NCBI GenBank assembly: GCA_950097015.1
Contig: CATNEN010000039.1
Span: 16,182,001-16,246,000 of the forward strand
Length of the DNA stretch: 64,000 bases
DNA from: Macrostomum hystrix
Lineage: Eukaryota > Animalia > Platyhelminthes
Direction of reading: 5' to 3'
In this document: positions 24,701 through 39,051 of the stretch, piece after piece
How positions within the stretch are numbered: the first letter of the stretch is position 1
Layout: each line of letters begins with the position of its first letter
Translations under genes and position numbers: made by a program
Notes under the pieces: model-generated
Databases searched by the model: none
The model's input: only the letters and a program-made list of their open reading frames with translations
What the model was told of the DNA's origin: nothing

Positions 24701-25885
24701 TGGTATTAGACCTAAAAATCAACTGTGTTAATATCTATCTATAGGAGTATAGGACAGGACAGAAATGCAAATGCTACAAAGTTGTTACCCTTAATAGATT
24801 ATGCTTACTCCTAGCACTGCCTTTTACTATAATTTTTTTTTCTTTAAACAAACTAAAAATATTGTATGTAATTAACCATCATTTGCTCTCACCCCTAGTT
24901 AACTTTGCTGTGTTGTGTTTGAGAGTTTGAGACACAGGTTCCCATTTCTTATATGCTTTTCTATATAATAGATTTTTCTGCTCAAAAATGAATAAGGTAA
25001 AAAAAGGATCACAGTTCCATCTAAATGGTGACCACTGCTTATTATCTTTCATATCTATGTATAGGGGGGGGGCCTAATTATTTTGATCTAGGACACACAA
25101 AAAATCATCAAAGAATGCTATAGGGCATAGGCCTACTCAAAATAATAAAATATAGGCCTAGGCTAATGTAAAACTTAAAGGCTAGGCATAGGGGATATAG
25201 CTAGCCTATAGCGCTTTTGGCTATATTTCTATATATGGCTATATAGTAATATAGATGTCATACGCATATCATAATAGGAGCAGCAAAGCCAAAGCCAAAT
25301 ATAGGCACTATACCAATATATATAATAATTAGGCCTACTATCCTATATGAATTTATCCTGCGAAAACACCAATTATCAATACATGAACTGATTTGTTATG
25401 AAATTTGTCACCGTTGTGTGTGATCTGTGTCAAAAAAGTGAACACATAAACTTGCAAATTTCAGTTAGTGCGTAATGCATTAACTAGAATTGTAATCTTA
25501 TTTCTGACGAACAGGTCCATGCAAAATTCCAATAAAACAATAGTCAATAAAACATCATAACAAAAAGTGATTGTTGTGTGCTGTTAAATTAAGGACTAAA
25601 GTATTTGCTGTAACAAATAAACGTAAATTTTACTTTAAAAATGCTTTGATTGCGCAAAGTAGTTTATTTATTTCTTAAACAGCGTCACTTTTAAATTATT
25701 AATTAATTGTTTCTAAAGATTATATGTATACAATGTCGCAATGTTAATGAATTAAATTAGCTGTTGCCTGTACCTGAACTGCTGCTGTAAGTTTCTAGGC
25801 CTAAGTAAATAGTGCAGGTACAAAAATTTTAATAAAACTTATCGGAACGTGAAAATTTTATATTTAGATTTGTCACTTATTTTTC

Positions 25886-26715
25886 GGATCCTAGTCACTT
25901 CACTTCGTCATACACTTTTTCGTCATATGACGTTTCGACAAAATATGATTGCCCTTGGTCACTTCGTCATATACTAATGAAGGCACTGCCAAACACTAGT
26001 CTCTTCGTCATCTGCGAGCAACTGATACACAAGTCATGCATTTTCTAGAAACACAAACACGAGCCAAAAATTTTAACTGAGGCTATCAAAACTCTTTAGA
26101 GATGGCTTAGCTGAGAATGTGACTTTATTTAATATGGCCAAACCGTACTTTATATTCTTTACAAAACGACTGACGGCAATGTGCCACCTACAATATAGCG
26201 TTATCAAACAGTTTCAAACTTAAGCATAGATCATGCATGCATAGGCCCTATATAATGTGCCACACCCACATGTGCAAGCTATGCACATTGGCAATGTATG
26301 CACTAAATAGGGTGCCTAAATATTAAGTACGCAGATACGCAAGTTGAGTCAGTGATAGTCAATAAGCACAGCCAAGTGGTGCCACACATTTTTTAGCTAG
26401 TTATGCAAGTGAGCACATATGAAAATCTGAGTAGATCATAAAGATGTAGGCCTACATCTCCCCTTGCAAGTGGCACTAAAAAATTACATCATACATGTAT
26501 AGGCCTATGCGCTTACACAAACACTTACAGGAACAAACTATACTCATTACATGCACAATTCTCAGATCAGTATAATCAAATTCACTTTGTCATCTGCAAA
26601 TTGATTAACCGTTGGACCTTGGTCACTTCGTCATCTGTCAACAGCACACCCATTTAAATTGGTCAGTATGTTATCCAGTATAACAATATTGTAGATGACA
26701 AAGCGACTAGCACCC
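25886..26715. mobile_element. Putative non-autonomous DNA element with imperfect TIRs and subterminal gtcacttcgtcat repeats
   Basis: Left end ggatcctagtcactt...cgtcat versus right end atgacaaagcgactagcaccc; internal repeats of the motif. Confidence 0.45.
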
Positions 26716-28004
26716 TTTTTTCATAGTTTACGAGTGGAAGTCATCCATTCGGAGGAGAAGGGATGCAACTAAAATCCTTGCAATCCCATGCTATAGAACT
26801 CAAATCCTAGTCTGCAACAGTTAGAAAAGCAGCAGTTTCACTGTGAAACTCAGCTTGCTTTAATGAACCCAAAGGATTACTAGGCCTAGTCAAAATTAAT
26901 CTAAATAAGAAAAAATAGGCAATGTTAATATTCTACATCTGTTTGTTATATTATTTTTTGTAAATGGAAGTAAGATATTGTCAAAAAATATCCCCTGCAT
27001 AAGCAGTACTCCTGCTCCAGCCATAGCCCATTTGTATCACCAATACTCCTTCCAATTCTGTTGTAATCAAGCATTAAAAAAGCACTTGAAAAAAAAGCCA
27101 TTCAGTGGCAGTGAAAATACTAGGGTAATGTATCATCAACCAAACAGTGTATCTTCAAAACCGAACAAGAATTTTGACTCCTTCCTTGGTCTTGTGCAAG
27201 ACAGAAACAAGCTATTGTATTTTACAGAACAACTATTTTGAATGTCAATGAAATTATTTACAAGCTAAGGCATGACATGCAATAAAGCATTACAAGGAAA
27301 GAAAGATATGGATGTTTCAGTAGAAATTTTTATCACAAAAGCATACTTTTTGACAGCATTTTATCAGCATGTACTTTAGACTAAGATTGCATGTGGTTGC
27401 TTTCCAATTAAATTACCATAAATGTAGTTATTTATAGAGCATGAAAAATGCTTTCAAATGACATAAATCATGATAGATCACTCCTTAAAATAAGATTAAA
27501 CTACTCACTCAAATTTTAAAACCAAACATCAAATTCTCTGTTTGGTTTGAAGATACATGAAAATCATCGTTTGGTTTTAGATGAAAAACATGAATAACTT
27601 TTTTTCTATTTGACAAAATTGCAAAAGCAGATACTATTTAGAAAGACAAAACAGTTTTCTGTAACTTGGCTTTTGATTTATCATGATATCTTAAATAGAA
27701 AATCTGTAGCTTAGGTTTGAAGTTAAAAAAATGCATATTCTTGTTTGGTTGATGATACATTACCCTAATATAATCATAATTGTGTTTATATTTGTTCACA
27801 ATAGCCTTTGCCCTTTGCTGCTCACTAAATCAGCCACTTAACACAATGAATACATATAAAAAAGGCACTCATTATAATTGTAACAAATGATGAAACAACT
27901 ATAAGGGACTTCTCTGAATTTCTATTTATGTTGCAATGATTACTAAGTAGAAAAAGTGTCATATACAATATATCACTTAAAAAGGCTTAAGCCTAATAAT
28001 AATT

Positions 28005-28960
28005 CTGAGGGGTGTCCCAAAAGTCAATGAACTTCTTTAATTTCAGCCGTTTCTGGCCAATCAGAAATATTCTACATTTAGCAGTCTAAGAGTTTAAAAG
28101 AAACTTAGGCCTATCTACTCATAAAAATGATTTGCTATTATTCATATATCTATTGGCATTATTGAGATATTTTAATTCTAGTGCCTTACCCCTGTACTAC
28201 TTCTAAAAAGTGCCATAGACAACAGCTTTAAAGCTGACATTTTAACATTTTAACAAAATGTCTAATGCTTTGAATCAGAAAAAGAGCAGTAAAATTTATT
28301 CATCAATGTTGTCCTGAGGCTTTTCTATATAGTTGCCATCACTCTAGAAATATTTTCTGTTGTTGGGTGTGCATGTCAACAATTGACACTGGCAAAATCT
28401 GAGCAAGGCATATCATGAAAGAGAACTTGGTGCAAGTGAAAGCCTTGAGATCTCCATGACTATCAAAGATTTGTCAATGCAGAAGCTTCATTTTTGGGAT
28501 AATGCAAAGTCAGCTGGTGACAAATCCAGATCAAGGTGGGTGTGAGAGCAGCATGAAGTTGGCCTACTGAATCTTCTCCATTGTCTTCTTGGCCATATAG
28601 GGGCAATTTTGTCATGGTGAGGAAGGTACAGCTTGATTTTCTATACTATGATCAGTGTGATGCAATAGTGTTGCACCCTTCTTCCAAGAACTCGATTGTG
28701 ACTTATAGCCGTGAGCCTTGTAAGGAGGCTGGGATCCCTTTCTCACCCAAACATGGCTGCTAGTCACAGACTGTCAGCTGGCCACTCTTGAATTGTTCAA
28801 TTCAGCCCTCAGTTGAAGACCATTGTCTCTGATGTTGCTTTTGAAGATGGTAGCAATGCAACTGACATTCCATCCTGCAATCCACAGAGCAGAAGTCTGG
28901 CTGTGTTGATTATCAATGCTATGTACTGAGATCATCTTGACAAAAAGAGTGCTAAGCTTC
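28005..28960 (-). pseudogene. Decayed mariner-family transposase remnant
   Basis: Minus strand gives VWVRKGSQPP, HHD and HPP*S..DLSPADFAL (cf. HPPYSPDLAPSDF) with stops and frameshifts; TIR-like gaggggtgtcccaaaagt near 28007. Confidence 0.6.
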
Positions 28961-30244
28961 AGTGAAACTTTAAAAACCTATTTTTCAAGCAACACAGGTG
29001 TTCACCCCTATTGGAATAAGTTGACAAATTGTGTCTGACCATCTGTTGCATCTTCAGACTTTTTTGGTGTCGGGTTGCTTTGCAGGGCATTGCCAAGGTA
29101 TCACGCCGTAGTTTTTTTAGGTTTCTTTTTTATAAAGTGTAGTTACTTGGTTAGGTTATTATAGCATTTCGTGTCATGTCGCACTTTAGAGCCACATTTT
29201 TGACACCTGTGTTGCATTTCTGCAGGTTTCTTACATTTATTCCAATAGGGCTGTTCACAAGTGATTGCGTTTTAAATAATGACATGACCTGCCAATCATT
29301 TTTACCATAGACTATCCAGATGAAACAACTTTTACGCCAAAGTGTATAATTCATCCAATCGGACATTACTGAGGTAATTTGAAACAGGAATAAGTAAAAT
29401 ATCAAGCACAGTTTAGTATATTATTCCAAGCCATTGTCTTGTAATTAGTGATTAAATTTTTCATTAGCGTTTTTATGTAGTTCAGTCATATTGTAGCTTT
29501 GTTGTAGCTAGTATCTCCATGTCTTTATGATTTATGTGCTAAAATCATAAAACTGAAGAAATAGTTCATGGCTAGTACTATTCTGGACTTCATTTTTAGG
29601 TTAGTAAGAGTTATTTGGAGTAACTTTTGATTTCCTTCTATAGTATACAGAAAACAAGTTGTTTTAAACACAAAAATCTGCATATATTTTCACAGCTTGA
29701 GCTGACTGCACTGAATCATTAAAGCTAGGAAATGCTCGATCGCCCCTATTGGTTAGCGCTTAAGTAATAGTATAGTAGCTATTATGCTAGCACAGGAAGT
29801 TGTTTGATTTCCTGACTGGCCAGCCATTTAACAATCTGAATTGGCATTTAGTTTTGCAGTTCTATTAAATGATCAATAGACGTGATCAACTCTTCCACTT
29901 CATATTTTATTGTCGTGAAAATAATTGTTAGACTACTAACTAAACATATTGGTTCTGTAATGAGCAATTGTCTAGAAAACTTTCTGTGCTATAATGTAAG
30001 ACTTATTATCTTTAAATGCAACAATTTTTGTTCAACCATTCTGATCATTTCCACCCTCCCAGTAGACTTCAGCTACCAAATTTGGTCACCGTTTTTCAAA
30101 TTGACAATTGTTTCATCTGTCTTCATTGCTAGTAGATAATGCGAAGCTATTCATAAAAGTGCATGTGCCACTTTTTATTGCCCCCTTCAGCACCGTCAGC
30201 ACAATGATACAACAGCCGCACATTCTCACAGCGGCGGCAACGGC

Positions 30245-33200
30245 ATGAGCGCCACTGGCAGCGGCGGTGGCGGAGGCGGCCGAACGCCGCATCACCAGCA
30301 TTATCCGCATCAGCAGCAGCATCCGCAACAACAGCAGACGGTCTGGCGACAGCAAGGTGAAGCCGACGAGCGACCACCGGCGCCTCCGATGCGTCTGGCC
30401 AGCAGTAGCTCCCGTTTAGTTGTGGGCTCCGGTGGAAGTCCCAGCTATCACCAGCAGCAACTTCCGCATGCGCCGCCAAGCAAGCCGCTGCCGCACACTC
30501 CGGACCAAAGAAAATGGGCCGGCGCTTCAGGCGCAGCTAGCGGTGGCAGCGGCAGCCAGAGTAAAAGCAAATCTAAAGACAAATCTAGCAGCAGCGGCAA
30601 GAAAGATAATAAATTCTTTTCCAAGCTGTCTTCCTCGTCGTCGTCCGCGTCCGCAGCGTCGCCGTCGACTGCGGCCGCGGCCGCGGCGCTAAGCCTATTA
30701 AAAGACGCGCCGAAGCCGAGCATTTCCAGTCCGCACAATTTCCAGCACACAATGCATGTTAGCTACGATCATAGCCGGCAGGAATTCACTGGCATGCCAG
30801 AGGTGTGGAACAATCTATTGAAGACTTCAAACATCAGCAAGCAGGAGCAGCAGCAGAATCCGCAGGCTGTCCTTGACGTGCTGCAGTATTTCCAGCATAT
30901 TGAACGGGATAAGTACATGACTACTGTGCCACACGACAGCAGCTCTGCGACAACAACTGCGGCTGCAGCGGCGTCGGCTACTCAGGGCGCAGCTTCGGCG
31001 TCATTCCGGTTGCCTAGCAACGATTCAGTTGGCTCGGCGCTCAGCTCGGGCGACGGCCCCGGTGGAATTGAAGCGTCGCCTGGATTTCGGGTGAGAATTT
31101 GTTAACAGTTTGTGTCTAAATATAGAATGCAATAATTTCAGATCCTTAAATCGAGTCTATTTAATGACAGATCCTAAAATAGAGTTTACTTCAATGACGG
31201 ATCCTCAAATTGAGTATACTTTCAATGAGAGATCCTCAAATTGAGTCTAATTTTAATGACAGATCCTCAATTTGAGTCTACTTAAAAACAGATTCTCAAA
31301 TTGAGTCTACTTTCAATGAGAGATCCTCAAATTGAGTCTACTTTCAATGACAGATCCTCAAATTGAGTCTACTTTCAATGAGAGATCCTCAAATTGAGTC
31401 TACTTTCAATGAGAGATCCTCAAATTGAGTATACTTTCAATGAGAGGTCCTCAAATTGAGTCTAATTTTAATGAGAGATCCTCAAATTGAGTCTACTTTC
31501 AATGAGAGATCCTCAAATTGAGTCTAATTTTAATGACAGATTCTCAAATTGAGTCTAATTTTAATGACAGATTCTCAAATTGAGTCTACTTTCAATGAGA
31601 GATCCTCAAATTGAGTATACTTTCAATGAGAGATCCTCAAATTGAGTCTACTTTCAATGACAGATCCTCAAATTGAGTCTAATTTTAATGACAGATTCTC
31701 AAATTGAGTCTAATTTTAATGACAGATTCTCAAATTGAGTCTACTTTCAATGAGAGATTCTCAAATTGAGTCTACTTTCAATGAGAGATCCTCAAATTGA
31801 GTCTACTTTCAATGATAGATCCTCAAATTGAGTCTACTTTCAATGAGAGATCCTCAAATTGAGTCTACTTTCAATGAGAGATCCTCAAATTGAGTCTACT
31901 TTCAATGACAGATCCTCAAATTTAGTCGACTGATCTTGCCAGGTCTATCCCTACTAGTGGATCATCTTATATTATTCCAGCTGTATTCTCATGCGGCTTA
32001 TATAGTACTCACTAACTTCATACCAATTGCCATCTAACTGCAGCCCTCCGGCTCTGGTTCAACCGCATCCGACGCCGCCACTCCACCGCCTCCGCCCATT
32101 GCGCAACGACCGGAGAAGACAAAATCTGTTTGGACTCAGCCTGTAACTCCTCCGCCGCAGGCAAACCTGCAGCAGCAGCAGGAGCCGCCTCAGACTCCGT
32201 TAATGCAGCAAAAGTCTCAGACGGATAGACAGCAGCAGCATCAACAACAGAAGGCCTCAGTTAACAATGGCAGCTCGACTGCTCTGCAGCAGCAGCAGTC
32301 GGCACTTCAACAGCCCCAGCAGCAGCAGTCTCAACTGCAGCAGCAGCAGCGCCAGCAGAAGCGTACGCAGAAGAAGAAGCTAACAGACGCTGAGGTTCAC
32401 GAGCGCCTGCGCGCCATAGTCAGCCAGGGCTCGCCGGCGGCCAAGTACGAAAAAATTGGCCAAATTGGACAAGGCGCGTCCGGCGTTGTACACATGGGCC
32501 GAGAGGTTGCCACTGGCCGAGAGGTGGCTATTAAACAAATGAACCTAGCCCAGCAGCCCAAGAAGGATCTAATTATTAACGAGATTCTAGTTATGAAAGA
32601 GAATAAGCATCCCAACATTGTCAATTATATGGACAGTTATCTAGTTGGCGAAGAGCTCTGGGTTGTTATGGACTATTTAGCCGGCGGATCTCTAACAGAC
32701 GTTGTCACCGAGACCTGCATGGACGAAGGCCAAATTGGCGCCGTCTGCAAGGAGGTACTGAAAGCGTTGGAATTTTTACACGAGAATGGCGTCATACATC
32801 GCGATATCAAGAGCGATAATGTACTTTTAGGTAAGACTTACGTCCTAATCATAGCCCTAAAAATATTATTCATCACTTAAATGGTTTGAATTGGTCATAA
32901 CAGTCATTCACATTAATTTTCTGTCATTTTACACCTAATATTTCGGTCATCATTCACTTAGAATTTCGGTCATTGTTCACTTAGAATTTCGGTCATTGTT
33001 CACCTAGAATTTCAGTCATAGTTTACCTAGAGTCTAGGTGATTGTTCACTTCGATTCTCAGTCATTATTTACTTAGGATTTCGGTCATTGTTCACCTAAA
33101 GTTTCAGTGATTATTCACGTAGAATTTGGGTCATTGTTCAACTAGAATTTCGGTCATTGTTCATCTCGAATTTCAGTGATGTTCACCTAGAGTTTCGGTC

Positions 33201-36002
33201 ATTGTTCACCTAGAGTTTCGGTCATTGTTCACCAAGAATTCGGTCATTGTTCACCTAGAGTTTCAGTGATTATTCACGTAGAATTTGGGTCATTGTTCAC
33301 CTAGAGTTTCAGTGATTATTCACGTAGAATTTGGGTCATTGTTCACCTGGAATTTCGGTCATTGTTCACCTAGAATCTGGGTCATCGTTCACCTAGAATT
33401 TCGGTCATTGTTCACCTAGAATTTTGGTCATCGTTCACCTAGAATTTCGGTCATTGTTCACCTAGAATTTCGGTCATTTTCACTTAAAATTTTGGTCATT
33501 GTTCACCTGGAATTTCGGTCATTTTCACTTAGAATTTCGGTCATAGTTTACCTGGGGTTTCGGTCTTCACTGTACCCATGTTTGGTCATGTATCACCTAT
33601 CCGTTTGTTCCATAGTTAACCATGTAGCTCTGTTCCTGCCCTTTAACCAATATGAACAAGCATTTTACGTCTTAGGCTATCTAATCTTTTTATTTGTTTC
33701 AAAAAATGTCATAATATTTTGTGCCACATAATCTGCCATATCCTTAATTCTACATGCCTTATTGCTATACTTAACGTATGTTTCGCATTAAAAAATAGTT
33801 TCTGTATAACTGTTTAGCAGTTAACTTCCTTATATTAGCCATTTAGCAGATTTAGCAATCTGTTTATGTAAAGGTATGCAATAATAATTCTTGGCTTAGC
33901 ATAGACCCAGCCTTAGCAACTGTAGCCAGCGTACACATCTGCAATGCTGCCTGTTCGCTGCCTGCATTCTAACTCGCTAGGTTTATCTAAGGCTTGACTG
34001 TTTGACCAACTTAGATGACTTGGCCTGGCCAACACTTGCTACTTTTTCGTGTTAGAAATGTCTCATCCAAAAATGTACTTTTAAAATTCAGATTAGGACT
34101 GCCGTTTTGGTCGGCCTCTCTAACTACCCCCTAGTTCTGCCCTTAAATAATCTTAAATCTGCCTCCCCTATGTTCCCTTCTCGTTCCCTTAAATCCCATT
34201 ATTTGACTTTGGGATTTCTGTCAATATTCCCTTAAATCCCATCATTTGTCTTTGGGATTCCCGTCAGTATTCCCTTAGATCCCATCCCGTATGTCTTTGG
34301 GATTCCTGCCAATATTCCATTAGATCCCATCCCGTCTGTCTTTGAGATTCCTGTCAATATTCCATTAGATCCCATCCCGTCTGTCTTTGGGATTCCTGTC
34401 AGTATTCCCTTAGATCCCATCCCGTATGTCTTTGGGATTCCTGTCAATATTCCCTTAGATCCCATCCCGTCTGTCTTTGAGATTTCTGTCAATATTCCCT
34501 TAGATCCCATCCCGTCTGTCTTTGGGATTCCTGCCAATATTCCATTAGATCCCATCCCGTCTGTCTTTGAGATTTCTGTCAATATTCCCTTAGATCCCAT
34601 CCCGTCTGTCTTTGGGATTCCCGTCAGTATTCCCTTAGATCCCATCCCGTCTGTCTTTGGGATTCCTGTCAATATTCCATTAGATCCCATCCCGTCTGTC
34701 TTTGGGATTCCTGCCAATATTCCCTTAGATCCCATCCCGTATGTCTTTGGGATTCCTGTCAATATTCCCTTAGATCCCATCCCGTCTGTCTTTGAGATTT
34801 CTGTCAATATTCCCTTAGATCCCATCCCGTCTGTCTTTGGGATTCCTGCCAATATTCCATTAGATCCCATCCCGTCTGTCTTTGAGATTTCTGTCAATAT
34901 TCCCTTAGATCCCATCCCGTCTGTCTTTGGGATTCCCGTCAGTATTCCCTTAGATCCCATCCCGTCTGTCTTTGGGATTCCTGTCAATATTCCATTAGAT
35001 CCCATCCCGTCTGTCTTTGAGATTTCTGTCAATATTCCCTTAGATCCCATCCCGTCTGTCTTTGAGATTTCTGTCAATATTCCCTTAGATCCCATCCCGT
35101 CTGTCTTTGAGATTTCTGTCAATATTCCCTTAGATCCCATCCCGTCTGTCTTTGAGATTTCTGTCAATATTCCCTTAGATCCCATCCCGTCTGTCTTTGA
35201 GATTTCTGTCAATATTCCCTTAGATCCCATCCCGTCTGTCTTTGAGATTTCTGTCAATATTCCCTTAGATCCCATCCCGTCTGTCTTTAAGATTCCTGTC
35301 AATATTCCATTAGATCCCATCCCGTCTGTCTTTAGGATTCCTGTCAATATTCCCTTAGATCCCATCCCGTCTGTCTTTGAGATTTCTGTCAATATTCCAT
35401 TAGATCCCATCCCGTCTGTCTTTGGGATTCCTGTCAATATTCCCTTAGATCCTATCACTTGTTTTCATCCGTTCCCTAAAATCTAATTATTTAATTCCTG
35501 TTCCACTGTGTGCCAACTTCGGTTGCCATGGCAACTAACCCAGCAAATGTTCTCCTACTCAGGCATGGACGGATCCATCAAGCTGACAGATTTCGGCTTC
35601 TGCGCCCAGCTGGAAGGCGGCGGTCAGAGGCACACGATGGTTGGCACGCCCTATTGGATGTCACCCGAGTTGGTTTCGCGCAAAGCCTACGGTCCCAAGG
35701 TTGACATCTGGTCTCTGGGCATAATGGCCATTGAAATGATCGACGGCGAGCCGCCCTACCTCAGCGAGAATCCGTTGCGCGCCCTCTACCTAATCGCCTC
35801 GAACGGTAAGCCGCACATCAAAGACCGTCACAAGCTGTCTCCGGTGTTCCAGGACTTCCTAGATCGCTGCCTTGAGGTTGACGTTGATAGGCGAGCTACT
35901 GCCAGCGAACTGCTCAGCCATCCCTTTATCCGGCTGGCTAAGCCTTTGAGCAGCCTCACTCCCCTGATCCTGGCCGCCAAGGACGCTAGCCAGCAGGCTT
36001 GA
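30245..36002 (+). CDS. PAK: Group I p21-activated kinase, 3 exons: 30245-31090, 32044-32830, 35563-36002
   Basis: Nck-binding [27 protein letters not shown]-binding [13 protein letters not shown], kinase motifs [26 protein letters not shown]. Confidence 0.96.
31140..31925. repeat. 31-bp minisatellite gagatcctcaaattgagtctactttcaatga
   Basis: About 25 units, PAK intron 1. Confidence 0.96.
32940..33560. repeat. 23-bp degenerate minisatellite ttcacctagaatttcggtcattg
   Basis: PAK intron 2. Confidence 0.92.
34190..35455. repeat. 45-bp minisatellite (tagatcccatcccgtctgtcttt...)
   Basis: About 28 units, PAK intron 2. Confidence 0.97.
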
Positions 36003-36149
36003 CCGAGCGGACTCAGCTGCTGACTGCTTTCCTTATTTAAATGACATTTTATAAGAGAATTGCTTTATTTTGCCTAACCTTCTATGAACCTTTTATATGT
36101 TTTTGCTAAACTAGACTGACAATGGGATTCTGAGAAACTAGGCCTTTTT

Positions 36150-37605
36150 AATCCTCAGCTGGCATCAGTTATCCCCTTCCCAATCCTACAGCTGGCATCA
36201 GTTATCCCCTTCCCAATCCTCCAGCTGGCATCAGTTATCCCCTTCCCAATCCTACAGCTGGCATCAGTTATCCCCTTCCCAATCCTACAGCTGGCATCAG
36301 TTATCCCCTTCCCAATCCTCCAGCTGGCATCAGTTATCCCCTTCCCAATCCTCCAGCTGGCATCAGTTATCCCCTTCCCAATCCTACAGCTGGCATCAGT
36401 TATCCCCTTCCCAATCCTACAGCTGGCATCAGTTATCCCCTTCCCAATCCTCCAGCTGGAATCAGTTATCCCCTTCCCAATCCTCCAGCTGGCATCAGTT
36501 ATCCCCTTCCCAATCCTCCAGCTGGCATCAGTTATCCCCTTCCCAATCCTCCAGCTGGCATCAGTTATCCCCTTCCCAATCCTACAGCTGGCATCAGTTA
36601 TCCCCTTCCCAATCCTCCAGCTGGCATCAGTTATCCCCTTCCCAATCCTCCAGCTGGCATCAGTTATCCCCTTCCCAATCCTACAGCTGGCATCAGTTAT
36701 CCCCTTCCCAATCCTACAGCTGGCATCAGTTATCCCCTTCCCAATCCTCCAGCTGGCATCAGTTATCCCCTTCCCAATCCTCCAGCTGGCATCAGTTATC
36801 CCCTTCCCAATCCTACAGCTGGCATCAGTTATCCCCTTCCCAATTCTCCAGCTGGCATCAGTTATCCCCTTCCCAATTCTACAGCTGGCATCAGTTATCC
36901 CCTTCCCAATCCTCCAGCTGGCATCAGTTATCCCCTTCCCAATCCTACAGCTGGCATCAGTTATCCCCTTCCCAATCCTCAGCTGGCATCAGTTATCCCC
37001 TTCCCAATCCTACAGCTGGCATCAGTTATCCCCTTCCCAATCCTCCAGCTGGCATCAGTTATCCCCTTCCCAATTCTCCAGCTGGCATCAGTTATCCCCT
37101 TCCCAATTCTCCAGCTGGCATCAGTTATCCCCTTCCCAATCCTACAGCTGGCATCAGTTATCCCCTTCCCAATCCTACAGCTGGCATCAGTTATCCCCTT
37201 CCCAATCCTCCAGCTGGCATCAGTTATCCCCTTCCCAATCCTCCAGCTGGCATCAGTTATCCCCTTCCCAATCCTACAGCTGGCATCAGTTATCCCCTTC
37301 CCAATCCTACAGCTGGCATCAGTTATCCCCTTCCCAATCCTCCAGCTGGCATCAGTTATCCCCTTCCCAATTCTCCAGCTAGCATCAGTTATCCCCTTCC
37401 CAATTCTCCAGCTGGCATCAGTTATCCCCTTCCCAATCCTACAGCTGGCATCAGTTATCCCCTTCCCAATCCTACAGCTGGCATCAGTTATCCCCTTCCC
37501 AATCCTACAGCTGGCATCAGTTATCCCCTTCCCAATCCTACGGCTGGCATCAGTTATCCCCTTCCCCATCCTACAGCTGGCATCAGTTATCCCCTTCCCC
37601 ATTCT
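36150..37605. repeat. 33-bp minisatellite cagctggcatcagttatccccttcccaatcctM, downstream of the PAK stop
   Basis: About 44 units. Confidence 0.97.
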
Positions 37606-39051
37606 TCTGAGGTCCCTAATGTTTTTTAGGAAAAACGTTATGTAATTTGTTGTTATCCTACTATGCTTTACTACTGTTGATCTGATAAGTAGTACGTGTC
37701 TGTAATTATTTTTCAATGATTCAATCTAAAGCTACATTATCGCTTAGAGTCAGCCTAGTACTTCCATTTGTATCTGGGCTATTTTTGGCTCACATATTTG
37801 GAAATATAATAGACTGAATCAATTTTTATTATATATTTAATTCTGATTCTGCTAAACAGTTTTTTGTCTTGTTTCAAAGGATTTAGCATGTCCAATTTGT
37901 GTTACTGGCACAATTTCAATATTGCGCATATATTAAATTTGTTTATAATTTCATGTAGTCGGCAATTAAGAAAGAATTGTTATTTCTGACCTGACATATT
38001 TTTATGTAACGCAAAATTTTTTTTATTATATTTTGTCATTCGTATCTTTTGCAAGAATGATACACAAATATTTGCTTTAAATGCCGATTCATTTAAATTT
38101 TGTTCTTCGAAGCCCTTCTAAAACTATCTTAAAATACTGGCTCTAAAGTTCTTTTATTTCAGTATTTCCATTTTTGAGTCCCATATTCATTGGGGAATCT
38201 ATTCTGTTCTAAAGTTACTATGAGGGATTTCCACTTTCCCATTGGGGATTCCCCATCATGTCTAATTATATAAATAGGGATTCCCGTAATATATCTTCAT
38301 TTTAGGATTCTGCTCCTCTTTAATATTCTATCTATTTTATCTATTATTAGATTAGTAAAGGTTATAAGCTACTAATATTGCTACTTTCCAAACGAATTAA
38401 TTAAGTAGTAACATGTGCGCATTAAACGAAAAAAACTTTTTTATACAAGATTGGTTCCTTTGAATTTGTTTTTTATTGCTTTTAAATAAATTAAACGTTT
38501 AATATTAGATTTTAATATTCGCCTTCACACACAAACACATAAGATTTTCATGAGATTTGGCTTCTTTAAATTGTTCGGAATCAATATTATTCACAAAGGC
38601 TTTCTCTGGTGTTGCTGTAGTTCAAACTGAAAGCGGCTGCTGAATAAAGTTTTTTTGTTATTATGGTGAAGGTACTGATAGTTTCTAGTGTTATGTTTTT
38701 GTTTGTCTCATGTTTTAATTTAGGCCGTTCAAATTGGAGTCATTTGTTTATCCAGCTGCTAAGTAATTGATCAGATTGAGACATTTTTTATCTTAAAATC
38801 ACGAAAACTGAAATGAACTTTCAAGTTTAATTTGTTTACGCACGGTCCTGTTTGTAATTGCTTGCAAAATGAATACACTCACACTCACACACTCACACAC
38901 ACATAATTGTTTAATTGTCAAATACATCAATTTATTGAATTCTTATTAGCAAGGGCTTACTGTCAACTTCGGTGGGTCTTTGTTTCAAACTCTGACAGCT
39001 TGATTTCATATTTTTGTTTTTTATTTTCCTGCCGATTGTCAGGACTTATAA

